Source: an uncultured Actinomycetes bacterium
GTDB taxonomy: Bacteria; Actinomycetota; Thermoleophilia; Gaiellales; Gaiellaceae
Direction: 5' to 3'
DNA: 64,000 nt
Assembly (NCBI GenBank): GCA_963721795.1
Contig: CAVRLT010000014.1
Location: 23,972 to 87,971, forward strand
Shown: one piece after another, positions 44,985 to 55,514 of the stretch
How the letters are laid out: each line of letters begins with the position of its first letter
How positions within the stretch are numbered: position 1 is the first letter of the stretch
Program-made: the position numbers and the translations under genes
Notes under the pieces: model-generated
Database searches by the model: none
Told to the model about the DNA's origin: nothing
What the model saw: only the letters and a program-made list of their open reading frames with translations

Positions 44985-45030
44985 CCGCCCTGACGGTAGG
45001 TCACGAATCGGACGGCGCTAGGCTGCTGCG

Positions 45031-45447
45031 GTGGCAAGTACAGCGCGCGTTCTCGAGTTCGACGTGAGCGTCGACCGCGACCGGACTGCGCGGAGCGAGC
45101 GGGGAGGCAGCGCGATCTCCGCCGAGGACACCTGGTCTTCCGAGCATCTCGTTCTCGCAGGACTTGTCCGCTGCACGCTCGCAAGCCTGGACTACAGCGC
45201 GAAGCGGGCAGGGCTCGAAGTCGAAGCCTCGGGAACCGCGCACGGCGTCGTCACTCGGCGGGAGAAGGACGGACGCTACGCGTTCGTGACCATCGAGTCC
45301 CGGTTCGACGTCGAGCTCGACCCGCGCACGGAGCATCAGGCGGTGCGGGATCTCGTCGCACGGGCCGAGAAAGGCTGCTTCGTCGGCAACTCGTTGATCG
45401 CGAGGCCGCGGTACCGGTGGACGGTCAATGGAGAGGAGCTGACATGA
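45031..45447 (+). CDS. OsmC/Ohr-family protein
   Basis: The 138-aa ORF shows an OsmC-like pattern (SSEHLVLAGLVRCTLASL ... AEKGCFVGNSL) with the two conserved Cys residues. Confidence 0.72.
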   Translation: MASTARVLEFDVSVDRDRTARSERGGSAISAEDTWSSEHLVLAGLVRCTLASLDYSAKRAGLEVEASGTAHGVVTRREKDGRYAFVTIESRFDVELDPRTEHQAVRDLVARAEKGCFVGNSLIARPRYRWTVNGEELT

Positions 45448-46607
45448 GCACCGCGACCCTCGACGTGAGTGGGGTGCGTGCGGAGTTCAGCGCCCTGGAC
45501 CGGCCACTGGCGTTCTTCGACGGCCCTGGCGGAACACAGTGCCCGGACGCCGTGATCGACGCGATCGCGGGCTACCTGCGCGAGTCGAACGCGAACATCG
45601 GGGCGCCGTACGAGACGAGCCGCCGAACCGACGAGCTCGTCGCGAGGTCGCGTCAGAGCGCCGCGTCCTTTCTCGGGTCGTCACCCGGCGAGGTCGCGTT
45701 CGGGCCGAGCATGACGGCGCTCAACTTCCTGCTCACCCGCGCCTTTGCGAGAACGCTCCGCGCCGGAGACGAGATCATCGTCACCAAGCTCGACCACGAC
45801 GCGAACGTGGCCCCGTGGCTGGAGCTCGCCAAAGACCTTGGGATCGTGGTGCGCGTCGCAGGTCTTACCGAGGAGCTCGAGATCGACTACGAGGATCTCG
45901 CCCGGCTCCTCTCGGACCGGACGCGCGTCGTCGGCTTTCCCGTTGCCGCGAACTCGGTCGGGACCGCGCCAGACGTCCGGCGCATCGTCGAGCTCGCGCA
46001 CGCGGCAGGCGCGCTGGCATGGGCGGATGCCGTGCACTACGGGCCGCACGGCCCGATCGACGTCGCCGCCTGGGACGTGGACGTGCTGATCTGCTCGCCG
46101 TACAAGTTCTTCGGGCCTCACCTCGGCCTCGCCTTCGGCAAGCGGGACCTGCTCGAGTCCTGGCGGCCGTACAAGGTCCGCCCCGCCGCGAACGAGCCCG
46201 TTGGCCACCGCTTCGAGCTCGGGACGCTCCCGCACGAGCTCCTCGCGGGCTTCGTCGCGGCCGTCGAGCACATCGACTCGCTCGGCTGGGAGGCGATCCA
46301 GGCCCACGAGACCGCTCTCGGCGAGCGGTTTCTGGACGGGATTCCCGACGCACTCGAGCTCTACGGCCTGCGGACGATGAGCGGGCGCGTTCCCACCTTC
46401 TGCTTCAACCTCCCCGGGCGGTCGCCCGAGAGCGTGGCGACGCTTCTCGCAGAACGCGATCTCGCCGTCTGGCACGGGAACTACTACTCGCTCGAGACGA
46501 TGCAGCACCTGGGCCTCGACGACGGGGCGGTGCGGGCGGGGATCGTGCACTACAACACCGAAGCCGAGGTCGACCGCCTCCTCGCCGCGCTCACCGACCT
46601 CCTCTGA
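45444..46607 (+). CDS. Class V aminotransferase / cysteine-desulfurase-like PLP enzyme
   Basis: ATG 45444 overlaps the OsmC stop (ATGA), and an SD (GGAGAGGAG) precedes it. Motifs are DHDANVAPW, DAVHYGPH and SPYKFFGPH (PLP lysine). Confidence 0.82.
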   Translation: MSTATLDVSGVRAEFSALDRPLAFFDGPGGTQCPDAVIDAIAGYLRESNANIGAPYETSRRTDELVARSRQSAASFLGSSPGEVAFGPSMTALNFLLTRAFARTLRAGDEIIVTKLDHDANVAPWLELAKDLGIVVRVAGLTEELEIDYEDLARLLSDRTRVVGFPVAANSVGTAPDVRRIVELAHAAGALAWADAVHYGPHGPIDVAAWDVDVLICSPYKFFGPHLGLAFGKRDLLESWRPYKVRPAANEPVGHRFELGTLPHELLAGFVAAVEHIDSLGWEAIQAHETALGERFLDGIPDALELYGLRTMSGRVPTFCFNLPGRSPESVATLLAERDLAVWHGNYYSLETMQHLGLDDGAVRAGIVHYNTEAEVDRLLAALTDLL

Positions 46608-46710
46608 CGCGGCGCACAAGGGCTCCACGGGCACACCCCACGCCGCTCTCGCGGAAGCTCGGTGCGAAGCCAGGCGCTGGGGTGGTCGTCTACCGGCTCG
46701 AGGAGAGACC

Positions 46711-47588
46711 TCAGGCGTAAGCCTTGCGAGCCCGGTCCCAGGGCTCCTCGTCCCAGCGGATCAGGTCCGCGTCGACACCGCGAGCGTCGGCGAGGTCGAC
46801 CGCGAGTCGCTGAAATCGGACGATGTCCACCACGGGGTGCGTGGTCGCGAGCACAGTGACGTCGCACCCGAGCTCCTCGAGCGCCCGCTCCGCGTCGCGA
46901 GCTCGCTCGGCCGCGCGGCCGGCACCTTCGAGGAGGAAGCAACGCACGTCGGAGTCGACCGCAGCGAGGTGCCCGTGGAGAATCTGCTCCGTCTGATGCG
47001 CCTCCGCGGCGACGTGCGCGCCCTCGCGAAGCTTGAGCACGGCTTCGAGGACCGTTGCGGTGTCGCCTCCCGCTCCCGCGACGACGAAGCGATCGTGCTC
47101 CGACGCGCCGAGCGGCTCCGCGTCGAGCTCACGTTCGACAGCTTCCGCGAGGCCGCTCACATCCTCGCCCTGGAGCGCCCGCCCAGCGGCGATGACGCAC
47201 GTGTAGCTCGCGGTGTGGCAGTAGCTCTTCTCGAGCTCCGGCGTCACGACGACGACGTGATCGACCGCGCGTGCCAGCGCGCTCTCGCCCGCGCCGGTGA
47301 GGAGCCAGGTTTCCCCGTCGAACGCTCTCGACCGCCTCCTGCGTGAGACGCGTTCCCGCCCTCGTGACTGATCGCGACCAGCACGTCGGCTGCTGGCGAC
47401 TGGCCGATCACGACGTCGAGCGCCTGCGCCGCGGACCCACAGGCGAGCGCCGCATGGAAGGAGGTGCCGCACCCCGTGAAGAGCACACGGCTTCCTGCCG
47501 GGAGCCGCTGCGAGCCGACACGGTCCGGAACCTGGCGAAGCCACTCCGGCTGGGCGGAGATGGCCGAACGGGTCATCTGTGACGGCAC
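46711..47588 (-). pseudogene. SIS-domain sugar-phosphate isomerase/aminotransferase-like protein, frame disrupted around 47320-47360
   Basis: The N-terminal part is MPSQMTRSAISAQPEWLRQVPDRV...VLFTGCGTSFHAA...LVAISHEGG. The continuation (AFDGETWLLTGAGESALARAVDHVVVV...SYCHTASYT...LKLREGAHVAAEAHQTEQILHGHLAA) is in another frame. Confidence 0.65.
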
Positions 47589-47613
47589 GGGTCGTCTCTA
47601 TACCATCGAGCGA

Positions 47614-48879
47614 ATGGCGGTCTTCGAGAAGACGACGCTCGGCAACGGCATCCGCGTCGTCTCCGCTTCCATGCCGCAGGTCGGCTCCGTCTCCTGCTTC
47701 GTCATGCTCGCGGCGGGCTCGCGCTACGAGAGCGCCGAGTCGAAGGGCATCGCGCACTTCTCCGAGCACATGTTCTTCAAGGGGACGGAGCGGCGTCCCA
47801 CCGCGCGCACGATCGCGACGGAGATCGACGCGATCGGCGGCGAGTTCAACGCCTTCACCGGCAAGGAGATCACCGGCTACTACGTCAAGTGCGGCGCGGA
47901 GACACGCGGGGTCGCCTTCGACGTGCTCGCCGACATGCTGCTGCACTCCCGGTTCGACGAGTCCGAGATCGAGAAGGAGAAGGGTGTGATCCTCGAGGAG
48001 ATGAACGTCTACCTCGACAACCCGCAGCGCTACGTCGGAAGCGTCTACGACCGGCTCCTGTACGACGACCAGCCGCTCGGGTGGGACATCCTCGGCACGA
48101 AGGAGACCATCGAAGCGGCGACGCAGGAGACATTCACCTCGTACCTCGACGCGTGGTACCGGCCGGAGAGGATCGTGGTCGGCGTCGGAGGCAAGATCGA
48201 CGACGGCGTCCTCGAGCAGCTCGAGGAGCTCCTCGGAGGCCTGGAAGCGCGGGAGACCGGAGCCCCGGTACCCGTCGAGCTGCCGCCCGAGCGCTCGCCG
48301 GTGCTCCTGCACACGAAGCAGTCGGAGCAGGCGCATCTCATACTCGGCGTACGCGGCTATCCGCTCGGGCACCCGGACCGGTACGCGCTGCAGCTGCTGA
48401 CGGTCGTGCTCGGAGGAGGCATGTCCTCGCGGCTCTTCACCGAGGTGCGGGAGAAGCGCGGATTGGCGTACTACGTCCACGCCGGCAGCGGGTCCTACAC
48501 GGACACGGGCACGCTGTACACGGGCGCAGGGGTCGACGTCGACCGGGTCGACGAGGCGATCACGACGATCCTCGCCGAGCTCAAGGGCATCGCAGCCGAG
48601 CCCGTGCCGGCCGAGGAGCTCGAGAAGGCTCGCGGGTACTCGAAGGGCCGGTTCGTGCTCAGGCTCGAAAGCCCCCAGGGCACGATCCAGTACGGCCTCC
48701 GGCGCGAGGTTCTGGAAGGTGAGATCGAGGAGCCGGAAGAGCTTCTGCGCAAGCTCGACGAGGTGACGGCGGTGGACGTCCAGCGCGTCGCACGGGACTT
48801 GCTCGACGGAAAGCGGCTCTATCTCGCGGTGGTCGGGCCGTTCGACGACCCCGAGCGCTTCGAGAAGCTCCTGACTTAG
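47614..48879 (+). CDS. M16-family zinc metallopeptidase (insulinase/pitrilysin-like)
   Basis: The protein starts at ATG 47614 (MAVFEKTTLGNGIRVV). It has the inverted zinc motif HFSEH plus EKGVILEEM, and is 421 aa long. Confidence 0.88.
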   Translation: MAVFEKTTLGNGIRVVSASMPQVGSVSCFVMLAAGSRYESAESKGIAHFSEHMFFKGTERRPTARTIATEIDAIGGEFNAFTGKEITGYYVKCGAETRGVAFDVLADMLLHSRFDESEIEKEKGVILEEMNVYLDNPQRYVGSVYDRLLYDDQPLGWDILGTKETIEAATQETFTSYLDAWYRPERIVVGVGGKIDDGVLEQLEELLGGLEARETGAPVPVELPPERSPVLLHTKQSEQAHLILGVRGYPLGHPDRYALQLLTVVLGGGMSSRLFTEVREKRGLAYYVHAGSGSYTDTGTLYTGAGVDVDRVDEAITTILAELKGIAAEPVPAEELEKARGYSKGRFVLRLESPQGTIQYGLRREVLEGEIEEPEELLRKLDEVTAVDVQRVARDLLDGKRLYLAVVGPFDDPERFEKLLT

Positions 48880-48910
48880 AGCCTCGTCGCGCGTACATAG
48901 ACTCGACGCG

Positions 48911-50285
48911 ATGGGCGAACGAGAGCTCCTTCGGCGCACCGCCGCGATCGCCGGGGACTTTCTCGAGTCTCTCGACCAGCGGCCGGTCTGGCCTCCGGCG
49001 TCGGTCGAGGAGCTGCGCCGGGACCTCGGAGGACCGTTGCCGAACGAGCCGGTCGACCCGCTGACGGTCATCGAAGAGCTTGCGGGAACCGCCGACCGCG
49101 GCGTGGTTGCGATGCCTGGCGGTCGCTACTTCGGCTTCGTCATCGGCGGCTCGCTTCCCGCCGCGCTGGCGGCCGACTGGTTGACGAGCACCTGGGATCA
49201 GAACGCCGGGCTCGTCGTCGGCGGTCCCGCGGCGGCGGTTGCCGAGGAAGTGGCAGGCGAGTGGCTCAAGGAGCTCTTCGGCCTGCCGGCACGGACCTCG
49301 TACGCGTTCGTCACCGGGTGTCAGATGGCGCACGTCACGTGCCTCGCCGCGGCGCGTCACGCCGTGCTCGAACGCGCGGGCTGGGACGTCGAGCGCAAGG
49401 GCCTCGTCGGCGCGCCTCCTGTGCGGATCTTCGCCGGGGGCAAACGCCACGTCACGGTCAACCGGGCCCTACGCCTCCTCGGATTCGGCAGCGACGCGCT
49501 AGTGGCGGTCTCGGCCGACGACCAGGGCCGAATGCCGCCCGAGGCTCTGGAGGCGGCTCTCGGCGATGTCGCCGGGCCTGTGATCGTCTGCGCGCAAGTT
49601 GGCGAGGTGAACACCGGTGCCATCGATGCAATCGGGGAGATCGCCAGCCTCACTCGGGCGAACGGCTACTGGCTCCACGTCGACGGCGCGTTCGGGCTCT
49701 GGGCGGCCGCATCGCCGGAGCTGCGCGAGCGCGTAGCCGGTGTCGAGCAGGCCGACTCCTGGGCCACGGACGCGCACAAGTGGTTGAACGTCCCCTACGA
49801 CTGCGGGCTCGCGTTCGTGGCGGATGCAGACGCTCACCGCGCAGCCATGGCCATGACCGCCGAGTACCTGGTCGCAGACTTCGATGCCGCGCGAGACGCG
49901 ATGGACTGGACGCCCGAGTTCTCGCGACGCGCGCGAGGCGTCGCGGTGTACGCGGCACTCCGCTCCCTCGGTCGCGACGGCGTCGCCGAGCTCGTCGAAC
50001 GTTGCTGCCGACACGCGCGCCGCTTCGCCGAAGACCTCGGTCGACTCCCCGGCTGCGAGATCCTCAACGAGGTCGTCCTGAACCAGGTGCTCTTGCGCTT
50101 CCCCGACGACGCGACGACCGGCTCGGTGCTCGAGTCGGTGCAGAGAAGCGGCGAGGCCTGGATGAGCGGAACGACGTGGGACGGTCGCTTCGCGATCCGC
50201 ATCTCGGTGTCGAACTGGCGCACGAATGAGACCGACGTCAGCGCGCACCGTGGCCGCGTTCGAGCGCGCGGTGGCCGCGAGCTGA
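48911..50285 (+). pseudogene. Group II PLP-dependent decarboxylase, frame disrupted near 50245 (last ~15 codons)
   Basis: The PLP-lysine motif is SWATDAHKWLNVPYDCG. The corrected tail is ISVSNWRTNETDVS.TVAAFERAVAAS-stop at 50283-50285. The uncorrected frame runs on to 50341. Confidence 0.8.
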
Positions 50286-50412
50286 CCCGGCGACAGCCGG
50301 CCCAGCCGCGGCCGCTTTCTTTACAGAGCCTGGCCCTGTAAGCGTCGAAAGAGTGCGTCGATCTGTCCACAGGTGACGGTTCTTGGCGCTACGAGCCGGC
50401 TACCGTCGACTC

Positions 50413-50867
50413 ATGGCACGCGTGCCGCGGTCGAGCCTTCCGCCCGACGGCTACTTCCACGTGTATGCCCGCGCGCTCGCGGCCGCGGGGCTCCTCTTTC
50501 TCGATGACGACGACCGCCGGAACTTCCTCCAGCTGCTGCTCCACGCCGTGCGCCTACACGCCTGGACCTGCCATGCGTTCTGCCTAATGGGAACGCACTA
50601 CCACCTCGTGATCGAGACCCAGCGCGAGAGCCTGTCGTCGGGCGTCCACCGGCTCAACTGGCCTCTACGCGACGCGGCTTCAACGAGAGGCATGGCCGAT
50701 TCGGGCACGTGTTCTCCGAGCGATTCTCGACACGGGTGATCGAGAGCGAGGAGTACCTGTTCGACGCATGCGCGTACGTTCTGCTGAACCCGATTCGGGC
50801 CGGGCTCTGCAGCCGAGTCGACGATTGGCCCTGGGCGTACAGCCGATACGGGCGCGACGCGATCTGA
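50413..50867 (+). mobile_element. REP-associated tyrosine transposase-like (RAYT / IS200-like Y1 transposase) gene, two single-base insertions (50659, 50678)
   Basis: The reconstructed 151-aa product is MARVPRSSLPPDGYFHVYARALAAAGLLFLDDDDRRNFLQLLLHAVRLHAWTCHAFCLMGTHYHLVIETQ...GLYATR/FNERHGRFGHVFSERFSTRVIESEEYLFDACAYVLLNPIRAGL. The HUH motif is HYH, and the catalytic-Tyr region is YVLLNP. No flanking inverted repeats or REPs are present. Confidence 0.75.
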
Positions 50868-50881
50868 GGCGACGAGCCCGA

Positions 50882-52840
50882 CTACTCCTCGCTCGGTTGA
50901 GCTACTGCGCGATCCGCGATCTCCGCGACCACCGCGGGGTCCGCGAGCGTGGTCGTGTCTCCGAGCGGCCGGTCCTCGGCGACGTCGCGCAGCAGCCTGC
51001 GCATGATCTTTCCCGACCGGGTCTTCGGAAGCTCCGGCGTGAAGACGATGTTCGCCGGCTTCGCGATCGGCCCGATCTTCTGCGCGACGTGGTTGCGGAG
51101 GACGTCCAGCATCTCCACGGAGGGCTCCTCCGACCCCTTCAGCGTCACGAACGCGACGATCGCCTGGCCGGTCAGCTGGTCGGCGCGGCCGCAGACCGCT
51201 GCCTCCGCGACGCTCGGATGGTCGACGAGCGCGGACTCGACCTCGATCGTCGAGATGCGGTGCCCGGACACGTTCATGACGTCGTCGACCCGCCCGAGCA
51301 GCCAGAAGTCGCCGTCCTCGTCGATTCGGGCACCGTCGCCCGCGAAGTACATCCCCGGGAAACGCTCCCAGTACGTCGCGCGAAAGCGCGCGTCGTCGCC
51401 GAAGATCCCGCGCGTCATCGCCGGCCATGGCCGCTTCAGGACGAGGTAGCCACCGCCGCCCGGGCCGACCTCGTGGCCGTGGTCGTCGACGACCGCCGCT
51501 TCGACTCCGGGAAACGGCTTCGTCGCAGCGCCCGGCTTGGCCGTCGTGACGCCCGGAAGGGGCGTGATCATGATCATCCCGGTCTCCGTCTGCCACCACG
51601 TGTCGACCACGGGAAGGCGGTCGGCGCCGATGTGCTCGCGGTACCAGATCCACGCCTCCGGGTTGATCGGCTCGCCGACCGTTCCGAGCAGCCGCAGCGA
51701 CGAAAGGTCGTGCCGGCCCGCGAACTCGGGCCCCCACTTCATGTGGGCGCGGATCGCGGTCGGCGCCGTGTACAGGATCGTGACGCCGTAGCGCTCGACG
51801 ATCTCCCACCAGCGGTCCTTGTCGGGGAAGTCGGGCGTGCCCTCGTAGAGAACGCTCGTCGCCCCGTTACACAAAGGCCCGTAGACGATGTAGCTGTGAC
51901 CGGTCACCCAGCCGATGTCCGCCGCGCACCAGTAGACGTCGGTGTCCGGCTTCAGATCGAAGACGTAGTGGTGAGTGGTGGCCGCACCGACGAGATAGCC
52001 GGCGGTCGTGTGCGCGATGCCCTTCGGCTTCGCAGTCGTCCCGCTCGTATAGAGGAGGTAGAGCAGGTCTTCCGAGTCCATCTGCTCGCAGGGGCACGAG
52101 GCGGGATCCGCGGACTGGCCATCGACGAGGTCTGACCACGTGAGGTCGCGTCCCTCGGTCAGCGGGACGTCGGCGCGCGTGCGTTGCCCGACCACGACCT
52201 TCCGGACTCCGGGACACGACGCGAGAGCCTCGTCCGCGTTCTTCTTGAGCGGGACCGTCTGTCCACGACGCCAGCTCTCGTCCTGGGTCAGGAGGATCTC
52301 GCAGCGCATGTCGTTCAGCCGATCCGCGAGAGCCTCGGCGGAGAAGCCACCGAACACCACCGTGTGGGGCGCGCCCAGGCGCGCGCAGGCGAGCATCGCG
52401 ACCGGCAACCCCGGGCCCATGCCCATGTAGATGCCGACCGGAGTCCCTTTGCCGACGCCGAGGGCCTTGAGCCCGTTCGCGGCCTTGACGACCTCGTCGA
52501 GCAGCTGGGAGTACGTGATCGGCGCCCGTTCTCCGACCGGCTCCCCCTCGAAATGGAACGCGACCTTGTCCCCACGCCCCGCTTCCACGTGGCGGTCGAG
52601 GCAGTTGTAGGCGACGTTGATCTTCCCGCCCAGGTACCACTTCGCGTAGGGAAGCTCCCACTCGAGCAGCATGGAGAACGGCTCGAACCACGTGACCCGT
52701 TCGCGCCCTTCCCGCTCCCAGAACTCCTCGAACGTGACGTCGTAGATGTCCGCGCTCGCGTTCGCCTGCTCCGCGAACTCGTCGGCAGGCGGATAACGGC
52801 GCTCTTCTGCGAAGAGCGTCTCGATGGCCTGATCCGTCAC
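50882..52840 (-). CDS. acs: Acetyl-CoA synthetase (AMP-forming)
   Basis: This is an intact 652-aa ORF with motifs WYLGGKINVAYNCLDRH, YTSGTTAKPKG, DIGWVTGHSY, WWQTETG, GRVDDVMNVSGHRISTIEVE and PKTRSGKIMRR. Confidence 0.94.
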   Translation of the reverse strand: MTDQAIETLFAEERRYPPADEFAEQANASADIYDVTFEEFWEREGRERVTWFEPFSMLLEWELPYAKWYLGGKINVAYNCLDRHVEAGRGDKVAFHFEGEPVGERAPITYSQLLDEVVKAANGLKALGVGKGTPVGIYMGMGPGLPVAMLACARLGAPHTVVFGGFSAEALADRLNDMRCEILLTQDESWRRGQTVPLKKNADEALASCPGVRKVVVGQRTRADVPLTEGRDLTWSDLVDGQSADPASCPCEQMDSEDLLYLLYTSGTTAKPKGIAHTTAGYLVGAATTHHYVFDLKPDTDVYWCAADIGWVTGHSYIVYGPLCNGATSVLYEGTPDFPDKDRWWEIVERYGVTILYTAPTAIRAHMKWGPEFAGRHDLSSLRLLGTVGEPINPEAWIWYREHIGADRLPVVDTWWQTETGMIMITPLPGVTTAKPGAATKPFPGVEAAVVDDHGHEVGPGGGGYLVLKRPWPAMTRGIFGDDARFRATYWERFPGMYFAGDGARIDEDGDFWLLGRVDDVMNVSGHRISTIEVESALVDHPSVAEAAVCGRADQLTGQAIVAFVTLKGSEEPSVEMLDVLRNHVAQKIGPIAKPANIVFTPELPKTRSGKIMRRLLRDVAEDRPLGDTTTLADPAVVAEIADRAVAQPSEE

Positions 52841-53978
52841 CCGGTCACCGCCAGGTCATAGGAGCAGTCGGTCAGCCGCTCGTAACCGTCGGCGGTCACG
52901 AGGAACAGATCCTCGACTCGCACTCCCCCGAAGCCGTGGCGGTAGAGGCCGGGCTCGATCGTGATCACGTCGCCCGCGACGAGCTCCTCGCCGACCATGC
53001 CGAGGCTGGGCGACTCGTGAACCTCGAGTCCGACGCCGTGTCCGAGACCGTGGTAGAAGCCGTCGCGGAGTACCTCGCCCTCGGCCTTCGTCAGCTGCGT
53101 CGGGAAGCCCCGCTCCGCGAAGAACTCGGAGACGAGCCGGTGCACGGCGCCCCCGTCCACCCCCGGTCGGATCTCCGCGGCGCCGAGCTCGAGCGCCTCG
53201 CGGCAGAGCTCGTGCCACTCGCGAATCTCGTCCGGGACGTCGCCGACCGCGAGCGTGCGGGTGATGTCCGCGTAGCAGGCCGACTCGAGGTCGATCGGGA
53301 AGAGGTCGAGGATGAGGACGTCGTCCGCGGCGATCGCGCCCGAGCCCATGTCGTGACCCACCGCCGTTTGCGCACCGTGGGAGACGACCATCTCCTCCGC
53401 GAGCGCGCCGACTGTCCAGGAACGCAGCCTGGATGCGCGCCTTCAAGAGCTCGCACGTCACCGTCTCGCCGTCGACGGCGAGACCCCCGTTCACGCGCTC
53501 CGCCCGGGCAAGGAGATCGCGCGCAACGCCGACACCGGTCTCGGCCGCCTTCTGCGCCCGCCTGAATGCCGGCGAGCTCCTGCTCGCTCTTCCTGCGCCG
53601 CCGGTCGTCGAAGAGCCCCTGGTCGACGGTCAGCGCGATCCCCTCCGCTCGCAACGCATCGCCGATGCCGAGCGGGAAGCCCCTGGGCACGGTCGCCGCT
53701 GCGATCCCGAGTCCCTGCGCGACGCGCACCACCTGCTCGACTGCCGCTCGGTGGACGTCGACCCCGCTGCGCCGGATCTCGTCGGCGCCGAACTCCTCCG
53801 TCGGGCGCACCTCGAGGCCGAGGCCGAGCCCTTCGACCCGCGTCGCCTCCATGGAGCTGATCGCGACGACCCGCCGACCGTCGAGCTCCGCGTAGACGAA
53901 CGGATCCGGGATCGCGAGCGGCACCTCGTGGCGAAGCTCGGGAAACCGAACGGTGTCGCCCACGATCAGAACGTTCAC
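52837..53978 (-). pseudogene. M24-family Xaa-Pro aminopeptidase/dipeptidase, two frame disruptions (about 53558 and 53412)
   Basis: The product is assembled from three frames. The first gives the N-terminal domain (MNVLIVGDTVRFPELRHEV...). The second gives AQKAAETGVGVARDLLARAERVNGGLAVDGETVTCELLKARIQAAFLDS. The third gives the catalytic part (MVVSHGAQTAVGHDMGSG...DLESACYADITRT...YHGLGHGVGLEVHE...ITIEPGLY...GVRVED). Confidence 0.8.
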
Positions 53979-54017
53979 GGGCGCCGATCCTACCCCGCGC
54001 GGCTAGAGTCACCGGTA

Positions 54018-55508
54018 GTGGAAAGCGACCTCCGCACGCTCCGCGAGCGCCTCGCGGAGATCTTCGATCTCGGGCGTATGTTCTTCCTCGCGGCGTGGGA
54101 CCAGCGCGTGATGATGCCGGCGCTCGGTGGCGCGGCACGTGCGGAGGCGATCGGAACCCTCGGCCGCATCGCCCACGAGAAGTTCGTCGACGACGAGATC
54201 GGCAGGCTGCTCGACAAGCTCAGGCCGCACGAGGAGTCACTCGAGTACGACTCGGAAGACGCGAGCCTGATTCGCGTGACGCGCCGCGACTGGGAGAAGG
54301 CAAGGCGCGTGCCCTCGGAGCTCCGCGCCGAGATGGTCAGGGCCGGGGCGCAAGGCCACCAGATCTGGGTCGAAGCCCGCGCGAACAACGACTTCGCCGC
54401 GTTCCTCCCCACGTTGGAGCGAAATCTCGACCTCAAGAAGCGCTACGTCGAGTGCTTCGAGTGGGACGACTCTCCGTACACACCGCTGCTCGACGACTTC
54501 GAGCCGTTCATGAAGGCGACCGAGGTGGCGGAGGTGTTCGACACGATTCGGCCGGTGCTCGCGGAGCTCGTGCGGGACGCGCCCTCGATCGAGGCGTCGT
54601 TCTTCGACGTCCCGTATGCGCCGGAGCTCCAGCGCGGGTTCGCCGAGCGCGTCCTCGAGACGGTGGGGTTCCGGGAAGGCACCTGGCGGCTCGACACGAC
54701 CGTGCACCCCTTCTGTACGTCGTTCTCGCCGAGCGACGTCCGCCTCACGACGCGGTACCGCCCAACCGGGATCGAGTCGTTCTGGTCGACCATGCACGAG
54801 GCCGGCCACGGCCTGTACGCCCACGGCATCGCCTCGTCGCTCGAGCGGACTCCGCTCGCGAGCGCCACGTCGTTCGGGGTGAACGAGTCGCAGAGCCGGA
54901 CGTGGGAGAACCTCGTCGCCCGCAGCCGGCCGTTCTGGTCGCACTGGTTCCAGCCCCTCCAGGAGACCTTCCCCGACCAGCTCGGCGCCGTCGACTTCGA
55001 CGCGTTCATGGCGGCGATCAACCGCGCGGAGCCGGGGCTGCTCCGGGTCGAAGCCGACGAAACCACCTACAGCCTGCACATCATCCTCCGCTTCGACCTC
55101 GAGCGGCGCCTGATCGAGGAGACGCTCGCCCCGAAAGATGTCCCGGAGGCCTGGAACGAGGGCATGCGCGAGCTGCTCGGCGTCGACGTGCCGGACGACG
55201 CGCGCGGCGCTCTCCAGGACATTCACTGGTCGGGCGGCGGGATCGGATACTTCCCGACCTACGCGCTCGGGAACGTCATCTCGCTCCAGATCTGGTCGGT
55301 CGTACGCGAGGCGATTCCCGACCTCGACGCGCAGATGGAGGCCGGCGAGCTCGAGGAGCTCTCGACGTGGCTCCGCGAGAACCTGTATTCGCTTGGACGG
55401 AAGTTCACGCCCAAGGAGACGATCGAGCGCATCACTGGAACCGGAGCGATCGACCCACAGCCATACCTCGCGTACTTGCGCGAGAAGCTCTCCGCGCTCG
55501 CTGCCTGA
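54018..55508 (+). CDS. M32-family carboxypeptidase (carboxypeptidase Taq-like)
   Basis: The start is GTG 54018. Motifs are HPFCTSF, HEAGHGLY, ESQSRTWEN, DIHWSGGGIGYFPTYALGN. The 5' part of the track ORF (53433-54017) is antisense to the M24 gene. Confidence 0.88.
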   Translation: MESDLRTLRERLAEIFDLGRMFFLAAWDQRVMMPALGGAARAEAIGTLGRIAHEKFVDDEIGRLLDKLRPHEESLEYDSEDASLIRVTRRDWEKARRVPSELRAEMVRAGAQGHQIWVEARANNDFAAFLPTLERNLDLKKRYVECFEWDDSPYTPLLDDFEPFMKATEVAEVFDTIRPVLAELVRDAPSIEASFFDVPYAPELQRGFAERVLETVGFREGTWRLDTTVHPFCTSFSPSDVRLTTRYRPTGIESFWSTMHEAGHGLYAHGIASSLERTPLASATSFGVNESQSRTWENLVARSRPFWSHWFQPLQETFPDQLGAVDFDAFMAAINRAEPGLLRVEADETTYSLHIILRFDLERRLIEETLAPKDVPEAWNEGMRELLGVDVPDDARGALQDIHWSGGGIGYFPTYALGNVISLQIWSVVREAIPDLDAQMEAGELEELSTWLRENLYSLGRKFTPKETIERITGTGAIDPQPYLAYLREKLSALAA

Positions 55509-55514
55509 GCCCGT

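Noticed and set aside
47589-49071. Upstream ~500 aa of the 786-aa minus-strand ORF 46711..49071
   Set aside because: This part is antisense to the M16 peptidase gene, which has a clear HxxEH motif. Only the SIS-domain part at the 3' end is credible.
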